Part shown: piece by piece, positions 1 through 11,841 of the stretch | Position numbering within the stretch: the stretch's first letter is position 1 | Layout: each line of letters starts with the position of its first letter | NCBI GenBank assembly: GCA_965248535.1 | Contig: CBDFJR010000002.1 | Span: forward strand, 960,001 to 1,024,000 | Length of the DNA: 64,000 nt | Source: Phormidesmis sp. | GTDB lineage: Bacteria; Cyanobacteriota; Cyanobacteriia; Leptolyngbyales; Leptolyngbyaceae | Reading direction: 5' to 3' | Made by a program: the position numbers and the translations under genes | The notes under the pieces: generated by a model | The model's database searches: none | What the model was told of the DNA's origin: nothing | What the model saw: only the letters and a program-made list of their open reading frames with translations

Positions 1-2835
1 TCGTGGTCATCAAAATCGGGCGCAGTCTCGCCACCCCCGAATCGAGAACAGCATGATAGATCGATTTGCCTTCTTTTTGGTTGATCAGAGCATAATCTAC
101 GAGCAAGATAGAGTTTTTGGTGACCAGACCCAGCAGCAAAACCACGCCAATGATGGCGATCAGTCCGAGTTCTTTATGGGTGAGCAGCAGTCCGAGCATG
201 GCACCCCCGATCGAGAAGGGCAGCGCCACCATAATCGTCACAGGATGCAGAAAATCATTGAACAGCAGCACCAGCACGGCGTAGATAAACAGAACCGCCG
301 CTAGCAGTGCGCCCCCAAAGTTGCTAAACACCTGTCCGAGAATTTTTGCATTCCCAAAACTCTCTCGCGTCACCCCAGATGGCAGCGATTTTAAGATCGG
401 TAGCTGATTGATTTTTGCTAACGCGTCTCCGAGGGCTAGCCCTTTGAGGTTGGCTTCGACAGAATATTGCGCGATCGGTTGTAGCGATCAATCTGAGAGG
501 GGCCGCTCCCAAAACGAATATCTGCCACCGTTTGCAGCGGCACTAACGCCCCGCTTTTGTTTTGAATTTGCAGACTTTTAATCGTCTCAAGATTGTTGCG
601 TGATTTTGGGTCAAGCTGCACCCGGATCGGAATCTGACGATCGGGCAAATCAAACTTCGCCAAGTTAGCATCAAAGTCTCCCAGGGTGGCCAGGTTTGCC
701 GTCCGAGCGATCTGCTGAACGGTAATCCCCTGATCGGCAGCGCGTGCCGGGTCAGGCGTGATTAAAATTTCCGGCTTTACCAAACTAGCCCCAGAGGTGA
801 CTTCGACCAATCCCGTGATTTGGCGCATCTGCGTTTCTAGCTCGTTGGCCGCTTGAGTCAGCGCCGCCGGATTTTCACTCTTCAGCACGATCGACACTTC
901 TTTTGAGCCGCCGCCCGGCCCCCCTTTGACAAAGCTAATTCGAGACCCCGGCACTTGAGCAAACACCGGCCGAATCTGATCTTCAAACTCTTTGCGAGTC
1001 ATCTTTCGCTCTGACTTGGGCTTGAGTTTGGCATAGAGCGTAGACTTAGCCACGGCTTGACTGGTCTGCACTTCCTCAACAGCAGGATGCTTTAACAGCA
1101 GAGTGGTCAACTGCTGAGTGGCTTGATCGGTGTCTTCGATCGTGGAGCCAGGAGGCAGTTGCAGCGCGATCGTCGATAGACTCACATCGGCATTTGAGAA
1201 CAACCCTACCGGAATTTTAGGCACCAAACTTAAGCTGCTGATTAGAAACGCGATCGCCACTGCCAGCGTGATTAACCGATGTTTGATCGACCAAGTGAGC
1301 AACCGCCGATATTGAGCCGAGAGGCGATCCTCTTTAGGGGCTTTGGCGTGGTCTTTCATCAGATAAGCCGCCATCAACGGCGTGACCATTCGAGCAACCA
1401 GCAGCGAGAAAAGCACCGAGGCCGCCACCGTGATGCCAAAGGGACGAAAAAACTGTCCGGTGATGCCCGTCATGAAGGCAACGGGGCCAAACACGGCGAC
1501 GATCGTAAACGTGGTCGCCACCACCGCTAGCCCAATCTCATCAGAGGCATCGATCGCGGCTCGATAGGCTGATTTGCCCATCTGCATATGGCGTTCGATG
1601 TTTTCAATTTCGACGATCGCATCATCGACCAAAATTCCGACGACCAGGGCTAACCCCAGCAGCGTCAAGTCGTTCAGCGTGTAGTCCATCACTTTCATGA
1701 CGATAAACGTGGGAATCAGGGACAAAGGCAGCGCCACCGCCGTGATCAACGTCGCCCGCCAATCGCGCAAAAACAGCCAAATCGTCACTACCGCTAACCC
1801 TGCACCAAACAGAACGGCATCGACCGAGGCCGTAAACGATTCTCGAATATACTCTGCCTGCACATTGTTAATCAGCCTCAATTTAATGTCTTGAGGCAGC
1901 GTAGTTTGCAGCTTGTCGATAGCGGCCCGCACCGCTTCTTCAACAGAAACCAGCGTCGTACCCGAACTTCGCAAGACCGAAAAGACCACCGCAGGCTGAT
2001 TGTTTAACCGAGCGATTTTACGCGGGTCTCCCGTCCCATCGGTGACGACTCCTAGGCTAGAGAGTGGGGTATAGCCGCCTTGCGGAAGGGTGATTTGCAG
2101 ATCTCGGAGGGTTTGCACACTGGCGCTACTGCCCAAGGTGCGAATGCTTTGTTCACTGCCGCCCACGTTGCCCCGCCCGCCCGAAAGATTGGTGTTAAAC
2201 GTGCGGACTTGATCATTGACTTGGGTGGCGGTGATGCCTAGAGATTGCAGCCGATCGGGGTTTAAGTTCACCCGAATCTCGCGATCGACTCCGCCGACGC
2301 GCTCAATTTGCGCCACGCCGGACACGGCTAACACAGCCCGGCTAATGGTTTGATCCACCAAGTTGCTCAACTCGGTCACCGATCGCTGATCCGACGAAAC
2401 AGCATAGGTCGTGATCGGCCCGCCGCTGGCAAATTCAACCCGTTTGATCACAGGTTCGTTAATATCTTGCGGTAGGTTTTGCCGAATCTGAGAGATTGCA
2501 TTTCTCACATCATTGGTAGCGCGATCGGTGTTCGTTCCCAACACAAAATTGATCACCGTATTAGAAACACCATCGTTAACGGTTGAAGTAATGTCGTCAA
2601 TGTTGCCTAAACTAGCAACCGCATCCTCAACTTTCTTGGTGATCTGTGATTCTAACTCTGAAGGATCGGCTCCCGGCTGGGTGACCGTTACTATCACACT
2701 GGGAACATCTACATTAGGATTGTCATTAATTCCTAGAAACGGGAAAGCGATCAGTCCTGCTAACGTCAAAATGACAAACAAAACAATCGTAGGCACCGGA
2801 TTGCGAATCGACCAGGCAGAAATATTAAAAGACAT
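1..2835 (-). CDS. RND efflux permease (AcrB/AcrD/AcrF family); runs off the window edge; 1-bp frameshift near 462
   Basis: MSFNISAWSIRNPVPT start and GILVDDAIVEIENIERH motif. After a missing base in ATT-(T)CT-GTC the frame continues VEANLKGLALGDA...GLVTKNSILLVDYA...ARLRPILMTT to position 1. Confidence 0.93.
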
Positions 2836-2876
2836 AGCAAACCACAAAGGTCAAGAATCAAATCACAGAAGTTAAA

Positions 2877-4332
2877 TTATTTTGTAACGGTGACGCGATC
2901 GCCGTCTTTGACAAAGCCTGCACCCGCAATCACCACCCGATCGTCAGGGTTAATGCCGCTAGTGATCACGATTTGTCCATTATTGCGATCGCCCGTCTCA
3001 ACGGGTTTAGCACGAGCCATATCTTCACGGTCTAAGACATAGACGATTTTGCGTCCATCTGCCTCTGACACCACCGCTTTTTCGGCAACTACCACAGCCT
3101 GAACTTTTTGGGTCACGATGTCCGATCGTAAAAACATACCGGGTTTTAATAACCCACTTTCGGGTAGGTCAATTTTGACAATGGCTTGACGAGTCTGCTG
3201 ATTGATCACAGGCTCGACCTCGCGCACTCGACCCTGGACACTGATGCGTTTATCGGCATCAGACGTGATCTTGGCAGGTTCGCCCACTCTCACTTGGGCC
3301 AGCAGATTTTCGGGCACGTTCACCTGAAGCTGGAGTGAGCTATTTCGCACGATATAAAACAGGGGACTCGATCCCGTCAGTTCGCCCACTCTAGCAAGGG
3401 CTATTTTTTGGTCGTTGGGGTTACGCTTTGCCAAAATGCCACTCGCCGGGGCGCGCACGGTGGTCTGAGCAATCTTTGTCTCAAGCTGTTGAATGCGAGT
3501 CACGTTGGTGTCAATGCCCGCCTGAGCTTGAGTCACCCCTGCCTGAGCCTGATTGACCCCGGCTTGAGCTTTAACGACATCGGCTTGAGCGCTGCTGATA
3601 TTGGATTGTGCGACGTTGATCGCTTCTCGTGCAGTGGTGGCTGATGTGGTGCGCGACTCTAGATCTTGACTGCTGATTACGCCATCATTTCGCAGACCTT
3701 GATAGCGCTGCAAATTGCTTTCAGCCTCGGCTAACACGGCCCTTTGTTGTTTCAGCACGGCCTCTTTTTGCTGCACGATCGAGCGATCAGATGCCACCTG
3801 TGCCTGAGCCGAACTTAATTGCGCCTGAGCCGAACTTAAGCTGCGCCTGAGCCGAATTAAGCTGTGCCTTTGCTTCATTTAACTGATCGCGCAAGACAGA
3901 ACTGTCTAGAACCGCGATCGCTTGCCCGGCTTGCACGGTGTCGCCCTCATTCACCAAAATTTGTTGAATCTGCACCCCCGTTGCCTGGGGCGTGACCTGC
4001 ACCCAATCTTGAGCATCGACACTGCCAGTGGCGCTAAAGGTTTTGGGCACAAAGGCCAGCTTTGCCGCCTCGACGCTCACGCTCTGACCCGCCACTGGGG
4101 CGCTTTGTGGGTCTGCCGCCGGAGCCGCCGCAGGTTTGCCCGTCTGGGAGAGCAGCGTCATGCCACCTGCCGCGATCGCGATGCCAATGCCCACCCCGGC
4201 TAAGAGTCCTCGTGTTCCTGCCAAGGGCCCGCGAGCCGGAGGAGCGCCTATCTCTGAAGCGCCCTCAAAGTCAGCCCTGCGAGGTGGCTGCGGTTCAGGA
4301 GAATCAGATTCTGTCAGGGTATTTAATGCCAC
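2877..4332 (-). CDS. RND periplasmic adaptor (MFP/HlyD family); 1-bp frameshift near 3838
   Basis: ORFs 3787..4332 (TM segment, lipoyl half VNEGDTVQAGQAIAVLD) and 2877..3878 (VRAPASG, LKPGMF) join into one MFP directly upstream of the RND gene. Confidence 0.9.
3799..3867. repeat. About 3 tandem copies of a 21-bp unit encoding AQL(N/S)SAQ heptads
   Basis: tgcgcctgagccgaacttaa-like unit repeated three times; the frameshift lies inside it. Confidence 0.85.
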
Positions 4333-4641
4333 GATGCTTCCTCTACAAACCTTTTTAGGGCGGTCTAACGTAAAAAACTGAACCTAAAGTTGTTCTGTCA
4401 ATTAATCTCTCTCTCGATTATGACGTATGCGAAATGTTTCTACGCTAAGTAGCTATTCAGATTTCTCACCGCGAAATCCCACCGCGAAATTTCACAGTAA
4501 ACTAGTCATAATCGCTTTGCCATTCTCTCAATGATTCACCAAATTGCAGGAAGTCAATCTAAATTTGGCAAACCTATCTGCGATCGCCAGCAGAGCGGGA
4601 AGACTAGAGAGATTCCAATCGTCCAGCGGTGAGTGCCCCTC

Positions 4642-5472
4642 ATGTTTAATGCCACCGAACTTTTAATTGATGACTTTGTTGCCAAGCTCAAAGATGGCTA
4701 TCGACGCACCTATGGCGGCTGGAAGTCTGACTATGAAGACATCATTGGCTGGGTTGGGTCAATGGCCATGGAAAATATCGCCAACAGTGACGCGCTCTAT
4801 CACAACGTTGAGCATTCGATTTTGGTGACGCTGGTGGGTCAAGAAATTCTGCGGGGTCGTCACATTCGGCAGGGGGGCGTTTCGTGCGAAGACTGGCTGC
4901 ATTTTGTGATCTCGCTGGTCTGTCATGACATTGGCTATGTCAAAGGCGTGTGTCGTCGAGACGGCGACAGTTTGTATGCAACGGGCAGAGATGGGGCAAA
5001 GGTGGCGCTGCCTCAGGGTGCCTCAGATGCCGCGTTGACTCCTTATCATGTCGATCGGGCCAAACTATTTGTCGATGAGCGCTTTGGAGGGCACAAACTC
5101 ATTGATGCCGAGCTAGTCAAACGCAACATTGAGTTGACTCGTTTTCCGGTGCCGACGGCTGAAGATCACCAAGACACGATCAGCTATCCGGGGTTGATTC
5201 GCGCCTCGGATCTGATTGGTCAACTCAGCGACCCCCGCTATTTAAAGAAAATTAGCGCGCTCTATTATGAGTTTGAAGAAACCGGGGTGAACAAAGCCCT
5301 GGGCTATCGGCATCCTGGAGATCTTCGCAAAAATTACCCCAAGTTTTATTGGCACGGCGTTCATCCCTATATCAAAGATGCGCTGTATTATCTGTCTCTA
5401 ACTCAGCAGGGCAAACAGATTATTGCCAATCTCTATTCCAATGTCTTTGTCGTCGAGCATGAGCCTGACTGA
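4642..5472 (+). CDS. HD-domain metalloprotein (Npun_R2479-like family)
   Basis: YHNVEH, CHDIGY, YHVDR and ASDLIGQ HD-superfamily motifs; probable ATG at 4642. Confidence 0.8.
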   Translation: MFNATELLIDDFVAKLKDGYRRTYGGWKSDYEDIIGWVGSMAMENIANSDALYHNVEHSILVTLVGQEILRGRHIRQGGVSCEDWLHFVISLVCHDIGYVKGVCRRDGDSLYATGRDGAKVALPQGASDAALTPYHVDRAKLFVDERFGGHKLIDAELVKRNIELTRFPVPTAEDHQDTISYPGLIRASDLIGQLSDPRYLKKISALYYEFEETGVNKALGYRHPGDLRKNYPKFYWHGVHPYIKDALYYLSLTQQGKQIIANLYSNVFVVEHEPD

Positions 5473-5572
5473 AGCCCGCAAAGTCCCAGTGAACCATCAG
5501 AGCGATAGGATAGAAGCACTGACCGCCGCGATCGCGCTGGCGCAGTTCCTTCTAGCCCCTGAGTCTTAGCCG

Positions 5573-6712
5573 ATGGATCGTTTTTTTTCGCCAATTCAGC
5601 AATTTTTAATCACCTGGCTGCTGATTTTGGTTACGGGTTGGTTGAGTCTCAACGCGCTCACCTATTTTGGTGAACTTCTCAGCGTTTTGGTGACCGCCGG
5701 GTTGATTGCCTTTTTGCTCAATTACGCCGTTGAGCGATTGCACCCGATTTTGCCTCGCCCGATCGCGGCCGCTCTCGTTTATTTACTCGCGGGATTGGTG
5801 TTGGGGTTTGCAGCCGTGACGATCGCGCCGCCGATCCTATCCCAGGCCCAGCAGTTGACCGTTAATCTCCCTGGGCTGATTGAGTCGGGGCAACAGCAGC
5901 TAAATGATCTAGAGACTTGGAGCACGGCCCGGCACTTTGCGTTTGATCTCTCGTTTTTAGAACAGCAGCTTTCGGCCCAGGTGCAAGGACAGGCTAAAAC
6001 GATCGCATCCACAGGCATCGGGCTAGTCTTGGGCACGTTTAACTGGGTGCTAGACTTCATTTTGATTTTGGTGATCTCGTTCTATTTGCTGCTAGACGGG
6101 GGAAAAATCTGGACGGGCTTGACGAGCATTTTTTCGGCCCCTATTAAAGAGCGTTTGACTAATTCTCTGCGCGATAGTTTGCAGCGATTTGCATCGGGAC
6201 AGCTATTGCTGGGGCTGTTTATGGCGGCCACGCTATCGCTGACCTTTTGGTGGTTAAAAGTACCGTTCTTTTTGGTGTTTGCAGTGTTTATCGGCGTGAT
6301 GGAGGTGATTCCGTTTATCGGGGCGACCTTGGGCATCGCGGCCGTCTGCATTGTTATCGCCTTTATCGACTGGTGGTTAGCCCTACAAGCGTTGGGCGCA
6401 GCGATCGCGCTTCAGCAGGTCAAAGATAATTTCATCGCCCCTCGGATCATGGGCAACTTGACAGGGTTTAGTCCGGTGATTATTCTAACCTCGCTGTTGA
6501 TTGGTGCTAGAGTTGCAGGGCTGTTGGGCGTTATTTTAGCGATTCCGCTGACCAGCGTCACTCGCACGATCGTCGAGATTATCCTCGACCCGACCCTGCC
6601 GCCCCAGACGGGTTCTATCTTCTCGGAGACTATGGAAAATAGCATTCTAGAACCCATGCTCTCAGTCGAAGCTGATGACGATCGGCTGATCGCTGTGAGC
6701 AAAAAGCATTAG
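5573..6712 (+). CDS. AI-2E family transporter (UPF0118)
   Basis: Multi-TM protein with IPFIG, PRIMG and GLLGVILAIP motifs. Confidence 0.85.
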   Translation: MDRFFSPIQQFLITWLLILVTGWLSLNALTYFGELLSVLVTAGLIAFLLNYAVERLHPILPRPIAAALVYLLAGLVLGFAAVTIAPPILSQAQQLTVNLPGLIESGQQQLNDLETWSTARHFAFDLSFLEQQLSAQVQGQAKTIASTGIGLVLGTFNWVLDFILILVISFYLLLDGGKIWTGLTSIFSAPIKERLTNSLRDSLQRFASGQLLLGLFMAATLSLTFWWLKVPFFLVFAVFIGVMEVIPFIGATLGIAAVCIVIAFIDWWLALQALGAAIALQQVKDNFIAPRIMGNLTGFSPVIILTSLLIGARVAGLLGVILAIPLTSVTRTIVEIILDPTLPPQTGSIFSETMENSILEPMLSVEADDDRLIAVSKKH

Positions 6713-6741
6713 ATCACCCCTTCACCCTTGACGCTGCGCTT

Positions 6742-7878
6742 ATGGACTGGTGGAAACGACTGCAAAAAAACCCGCTTGCTAAGTTTGGCGCGCTGCTGCT
6801 GCTGGTGTTTTATCTATCCGCGATCGCAGCAGAATTCGTTGCCCCCTACGATCCCTATGCGTCTCAAGCAGATGGGGCACTCTTGCCCCCGACTCAGATC
6901 TATTGGAGCGACCAAAGCGGGAACTTTATTGGCCCTCATGTCTATCCGACGACTCAAGGTGCGGTCGATGTGCAGACGGGCGATCGGCAGCTAAAGGTCG
7001 ATCGGTCAAAGCCATCTCCGATTCGGCTGTTTGTGCAGGGAGATACTTATCGGTTTTTGCAGATTCGCCTGCCCTTGCCGACTCACGTTTCCCTGACTGA
7101 CCCAAAGTTTGAGGAGGTCGAGCTATTTCCCGGAATTTCTGGCAATCTCCACCTGTTTGGCACGGCTGGAAACGGCAAGTTTAACCTGCTAGGAACCGAT
7201 GAACAGGCGCGGGATCAGTTTAGTCGTCTGGTTTACGGTGGGCGGGTCAGCCTGAGTATTGGATTGGTCGGGATCGCGATCGCGTTCCCCTTAGGGATGC
7301 TAGTCGGTGGCATCTCTGGCTATGCGGGCGGTTGGCTAGATAGCGTGTTGATGCGCTTTGTCGAAGTCTTGATGACCATTCCTGAGATCTATCTGCTGGT
7401 GGCGCTAGCGGCAGTGTTGCCGCCTGGTTTGACCAGCGCTGAACGGTTTTTGCTGATTATTTTGATCACGTCGTTTATTCGCTGGGCGGGGTTGGCGCGG
7501 GTGATTCGGGGGCAGGTGCTGTCGATTAAAGAGCAAGAATTTGTTCAAGCGGCGAGAGCAATGGGCGGCAAGCCTCTCTACATCATTGTTCGACACGTTT
7601 TGCCCCAGACCGCGACTTACATTATTATTGCGGCAACGCTTTCGATCCCAAGTTTTATTGTGGCAGAGTCAGTGCTGAGTCTGATTGGGTTAGGCATTCA
7701 ACAGCCTGATCCGTCTTGGGGCAATATGCTGACGCTAGCGACTAATGCTTCTATTTTGGTGCTGCAACCTTGGCTGGTTTGGCCGCCTGCCCTGCTGATT
7801 ATTTTGACGGTTTTGGCGTTTAATCTATTGGGAGATGGGCTGCGAGATGCGCTCGATCCCCGAAGTTTGCAGCGCTAA
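6742..7878 (+). CDS. Oligopeptide/dipeptide ABC transporter permease (OppC/DppC-like)
   Basis: LLGTDEQARDQFSRL, EAA loop EFVQAARAMG, FNLLGDGLRDALDP. Confidence 0.92.
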   Translation: MDWWKRLQKNPLAKFGALLLLVFYLSAIAAEFVAPYDPYASQADGALLPPTQIYWSDQSGNFIGPHVYPTTQGAVDVQTGDRQLKVDRSKPSPIRLFVQGDTYRFLQIRLPLPTHVSLTDPKFEEVELFPGISGNLHLFGTAGNGKFNLLGTDEQARDQFSRLVYGGRVSLSIGLVGIAIAFPLGMLVGGISGYAGGWLDSVLMRFVEVLMTIPEIYLLVALAAVLPPGLTSAERFLLIILITSFIRWAGLARVIRGQVLSIKEQEFVQAARAMGGKPLYIIVRHVLPQTATYIIIAATLSIPSFIVAESVLSLIGLGIQQPDPSWGNMLTLATNASILVLQPWLVWPPALLIILTVLAFNLLGDGLRDALDPRSLQR

Positions 7879-7912
7879 AGCGAGAATTTTAGCTTTGTAA
7901 CGGAACCGTTTT

Positions 7913-8863
7913 ATGCGTGACCTCTACCCTGCGATCGCTCCCTATCAGTCGGGCGCGCTGCGGGTTTCTGACCTGCACACGATTTATTTTGAGCAATCGG
8001 GCAATCCCGACGGTAAGCCCGTAGTGTTTTTGCATGGCGGGCCCGGCGGCGGTAGTTTGCCCGTGTTTCGGCAATATTTTGACCCAGCAAAGTGGCGAAT
8101 TGTGATCTTCGATCAGCGAGGCTGTGGTCGCAGCACGCCTCATGCCGAACTGCGAGAGAACACCACCTGGGATCTGGTGAGGGATATTGAGGCCCTCCGA
8201 TCGCACCTGCAAATCTCTCAATGGGTCGTGTCTGGGGGCAGTTGGGGCAGCACCTTATCGCTGGTCTATAGTCAAACTCACCCCGATCGCTGTCTGGGTC
8301 TAATTTTGCGAGGCATTTTTTTGCTGCGTCAACAGGAAATTCTGTGGTTTTATCAAGAAGGTGCGAGTCGTCTCTTTCCTGATGCCTGGGAAGACTATCT
8401 CCAGCCGATTCCGGTCGAAGAACGCAGTGATTTACTGTCGGCGTTTTATCGTCGTCTAACCAGCGAGGATGCCCAAACTCGTCAGATCGCGGCCCGGGCC
8501 TGGTCAGTCTGGGAAGGCAGCACGAGTAAGCTGATTCCCGACCCAGAACTGCAAAGTCGATTTGCCAATGCTGGGTTTGCCGATGCCTTTGCGCGCATTG
8601 AGTGCCATTACTTCATCAATCGGGGCTTTTTTGAGCAAGACAATCAGCTTTTAGACCACTGCGATCGCATTCAATCTGTGCCGACGGTGATCGTGCAGGG
8701 TCGCTATGATGTCGTCTGCCCGATGTCTTCAGCGTGGGATCTGCACAAAGCCTTGCCCCATGCCGAGTTAATCGTAGTTCCCGATGCGGGACACTCCATG
8801 ATGGAGCCGGGCATTCGCAGCGCTTTGATCGAAACCAGCGATCGCTTCGCCCGTGATTTTTAG
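7913..8863 (+). CDS. pip: Proline iminopeptidase
   Basis: HGGPGGG, DQRGCGRS, GGSWG nucleophile elbow, GRYD and AGH catalytic motifs. Confidence 0.93.
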   Translation: MRDLYPAIAPYQSGALRVSDLHTIYFEQSGNPDGKPVVFLHGGPGGGSLPVFRQYFDPAKWRIVIFDQRGCGRSTPHAELRENTTWDLVRDIEALRSHLQISQWVVSGGSWGSTLSLVYSQTHPDRCLGLILRGIFLLRQQEILWFYQEGASRLFPDAWEDYLQPIPVEERSDLLSAFYRRLTSEDAQTRQIAARAWSVWEGSTSKLIPDPELQSRFANAGFADAFARIECHYFINRGFFEQDNQLLDHCDRIQSVPTVIVQGRYDVVCPMSSAWDLHKALPHAELIVVPDAGHSMMEPGIRSALIETSDRFARDF

Positions 8864-9022
8864 CCCAAAATCTGACCTTCTGACCCTCTTTTCTCCCGTC
8901 CCATAAGTATAAGTAGATTAAACAGGCGAGATTTATTACGAATCCCGTTCACCCCAGAGGTGGATTGTAGGTTTTAATTCATAAGTTTTCCCGTAGTATC
9001 AGAATTGGAACTGACTTACTAA

Positions 9023-9403
<381 letters not shown>

Positions 9404-9490
9404 ATCCTTTCTCCCCAGATAGAGAGCCTTGTTGATGTTCACAGGCGCTTTATCTGGGGCAACGTTTAACTGCCATTATTTTTCAGATTA

Positions 9491-10366
9491 ATGCTAGAGC
9501 CTGGAACGCTGTGGGCACGGGTGATCAAACAAACGCGGCACGCTCTAGACTGTGGGGCGTTGCGCCCAATTCCGACTAACTATGAAATTGTCGAGCAAGA
9601 CGGGGCGCATTTCTTAGTGCGAATCTTGGCAAACCTGACGCGCAAAGAGCGCGCTAACCAACAGCAAGCCCAAATAGCCGCCGTGACGGGCGAAGCGCTC
9701 AATCCTTTTTTGCCTTATGAAACAGATCTGTTTGTGGCTGATCTATCAGAGACTCATGTGTGTTTGCTAAATAAATTCAACGTGGTTGACTATCACTTGT
9801 TGATTATCACGCGATCGTTTGAAGAGCAAGAAAGTTTATTGACGCTGCAAGATTTTTTAGCCCTGTGGACGTGCTTAAAGGAATATGACGGATTAGCATT
9901 TTATAATGCTGGAAAGAATGCAGGCGCAAGTCAACGCCACAAACATTTGCAACTGATTCCATTGCCTTTGTTATCAGGAACTGAGATCGCCATTGACACT
10001 TGGTTAGCTTCAGCCGAGTTTGAGGGCGCGATCGCCACCATTCCACAGTGGCCCTTTGCCCATGGGCTGATGCGGTTAGAGTCTGGTGAGATGTTGCCGA
10101 GCCAAGCGGCCGAGGCGACGATCGCGGGTTATCACACGCTGCTAGAGCGGCTAAAGTTAAGCGCCGGATCTGCCTATAATCTGTTGGCGACGCGAGAATG
10201 GCTCTTGGTGGTGCCGCGATCGCAAGAAAGTTTTGAGTCGATATCCGTCAATTCTCTCGGCTTTGCAGGCAGTTTGTTTGTGCGTGATCAGGCGCAGATG
10301 CAGCATCTCAAAGATCAGCGACCGATGACAATTTTGACTCAGGTGGCCGTGCCCCGCGATCGCTAG
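9491..10366 (+). CDS. ATP adenylyltransferase / Ap4A phosphorylase II family
   Basis: NPFLPYE, LLNKFNV, GASQRHKHLQ (HxHxQ) and NSLGFAG motifs. Confidence 0.88.
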   Translation: MLEPGTLWARVIKQTRHALDCGALRPIPTNYEIVEQDGAHFLVRILANLTRKERANQQQAQIAAVTGEALNPFLPYETDLFVADLSETHVCLLNKFNVVDYHLLIITRSFEEQESLLTLQDFLALWTCLKEYDGLAFYNAGKNAGASQRHKHLQLIPLPLLSGTEIAIDTWLASAEFEGAIATIPQWPFAHGLMRLESGEMLPSQAAEATIAGYHTLLERLKLSAGSAYNLLATREWLLVVPRSQESFESISVNSLGFAGSLFVRDQAQMQHLKDQRPMTILTQVAVPRDR

Positions 10367-10532
10367 GCAAGGTGATGCCGCAAACACAGACGTGCATTCA
10401 CGAGAAAAATCTGAAGGATCAGGGCAAGCTATGACTGGACAGGCGCTAAATTAATCCCATCGGAACTTTCTTAAGTTCTGTGCATTCAGGTATTATGGCG
10501 CAAGCTTTCTGACTTTCCTCTATCCACTTTCT

Positions 10533-11225
10533 ATGATTAAAAACTTCAAGACTAGTTTGGTGGCGCTTGTGTCTTTGCTTGGGCTGTTGGGGTTGGTCAA
10601 TCAGGTCTCGATCGCCCAGATGAAGCCAGACAAACTGGGCGAATTAGACTGGTGGCGATCGAAGGTGAAAGCACAAGCGCAATCTAGTCAGAGTCAGCGA
10701 TTTCACGGCTGTCTGTTTGGAGATTCGATTTCGTCGGGGTTGGGCAACCCGCTCAACAAAAATATTGCCAATTTTGCGATGGGCGGCTTAAGCACCGTGT
10801 CGCTGTTAGAGCAGCTAAAAACCCTTAAAGCCTCAAACGTGCAGTGCCAAAATGTGATGATCGCGATCGGCACTAACGATGCCTGGTATGCGATTCGCAA
10901 TGATGAGTTTGTGAGCAATCTCGAACGCATTGTGGTGCTGACTCGATCGATGGGAGCTAGCCAAATTACGGTGGTTCCTGCGTTTTATTCGACGGTGGAG
11001 GCGAGTCATAACCCTAATGTGGCGGGCACTGTGGAACGGGTCGAAGAAATTAATGCGCTAATCCGGCAGGTGGCCGATGTTGAAAATGTCGGGCTGGTGA
11101 CGGATGAAATTGATCCGTTGTTTGCCGATCGGAGTTTGCGACAAGACCTGACCTTCGATGGGGTTCACCTCAATGAAAAGGGTCAAAAGCTTTATAAGAG
11201 AATCGTTTTAAATATTCTCAATTAG
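10533..11225 (+). CDS. Secreted SGNH/GDSL hydrolase
   Basis: Signal peptide; FGDSI, GTND and DGVH blocks. Confidence 0.85.
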   Translation: MIKNFKTSLVALVSLLGLLGLVNQVSIAQMKPDKLGELDWWRSKVKAQAQSSQSQRFHGCLFGDSISSGLGNPLNKNIANFAMGGLSTVSLLEQLKTLKASNVQCQNVMIAIGTNDAWYAIRNDEFVSNLERIVVLTRSMGASQITVVPAFYSTVEASHNPNVAGTVERVEEINALIRQVADVENVGLVTDEIDPLFADRSLRQDLTFDGVHLNEKGQKLYKRIVLNILN

Positions 11226-11280
11226 TACCGTGCCCAGACGTATCGCGGATTGGAGACGATCACGAATCCCTAAAATCCAC

Positions 11281-11790
11281 TCACGGATGGTCATAATAAT
11301 TTGGCTCACTTTGAGGCGAAGCCAGACTGACCGTTGTTGACGGGAAAACGGATGGCTGCGATCGCTGAGGCCCGCTAAAACCCAGCAAGCGATCGGCATC
11401 TCGCAGATAGGTGACAGCAGAGCGAAGATCAGGCTGTTTTTGCCAGTCAGCCCGCGTGACGCGAACGTAGAGAATCGGAGCGGTGAGTCCTTCGCGTTCT
11501 GCTAAAATTCTCATCTCGACAACCGTCGTTGATGGGCTAGAAAACCCCTGTTTGACGAGCCGCTCTGCGATCGATTTAGCTTGCTCAATCAGCCCGCTAA
11601 ACGACTGGTTAGCATCAGACATGAGAGTATAGTCTAGTTGCCTAGTTTCAGCACAAGCTGGAGCAACAAAACTCGACAAAAGCATTCCCACCAATAGCAG
11701 CTTGATACGCATTGCTGAAGACTTACTGAGATTTCTGTGGTCATTAGCTACCGTATCATTGGTGATTTGTTTCTCCGTGTTGTCTGGCAT
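11281..11790 (-). CDS. Hypothetical exported protein
   Basis: Signal-peptide-like MRIKLLLVGMLLSSFVAPACA; the true start is probably this internal Met. Confidence 0.6.
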   Translation of the reverse strand: MPDNTEKQITNDTVANDHRNLSKSSAMRIKLLLVGMLLSSFVAPACAETRQLDYTLMSDANQSFSGLIEQAKSIAERLVKQGFSSPSTTVVEMRILAEREGLTAPILYVRVTRADWQKQPDLRSAVTYLRDADRLLGFSGPQRSQPSVFPSTTVSLASPQSEPNYYDHP

Positions 11791-11841
11791 ACATAGATTG
11801 CTTTAGTCAAGATTAATCAGATCGCTCTCACACTAGTTGAA

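Noticed and set aside
53..304. 83-aa plus-strand ORF and the many other antisense or nested short ORFs in the track
   Set aside because: They are shadows of well-supported genes; this one is antisense to the RND C-terminus.
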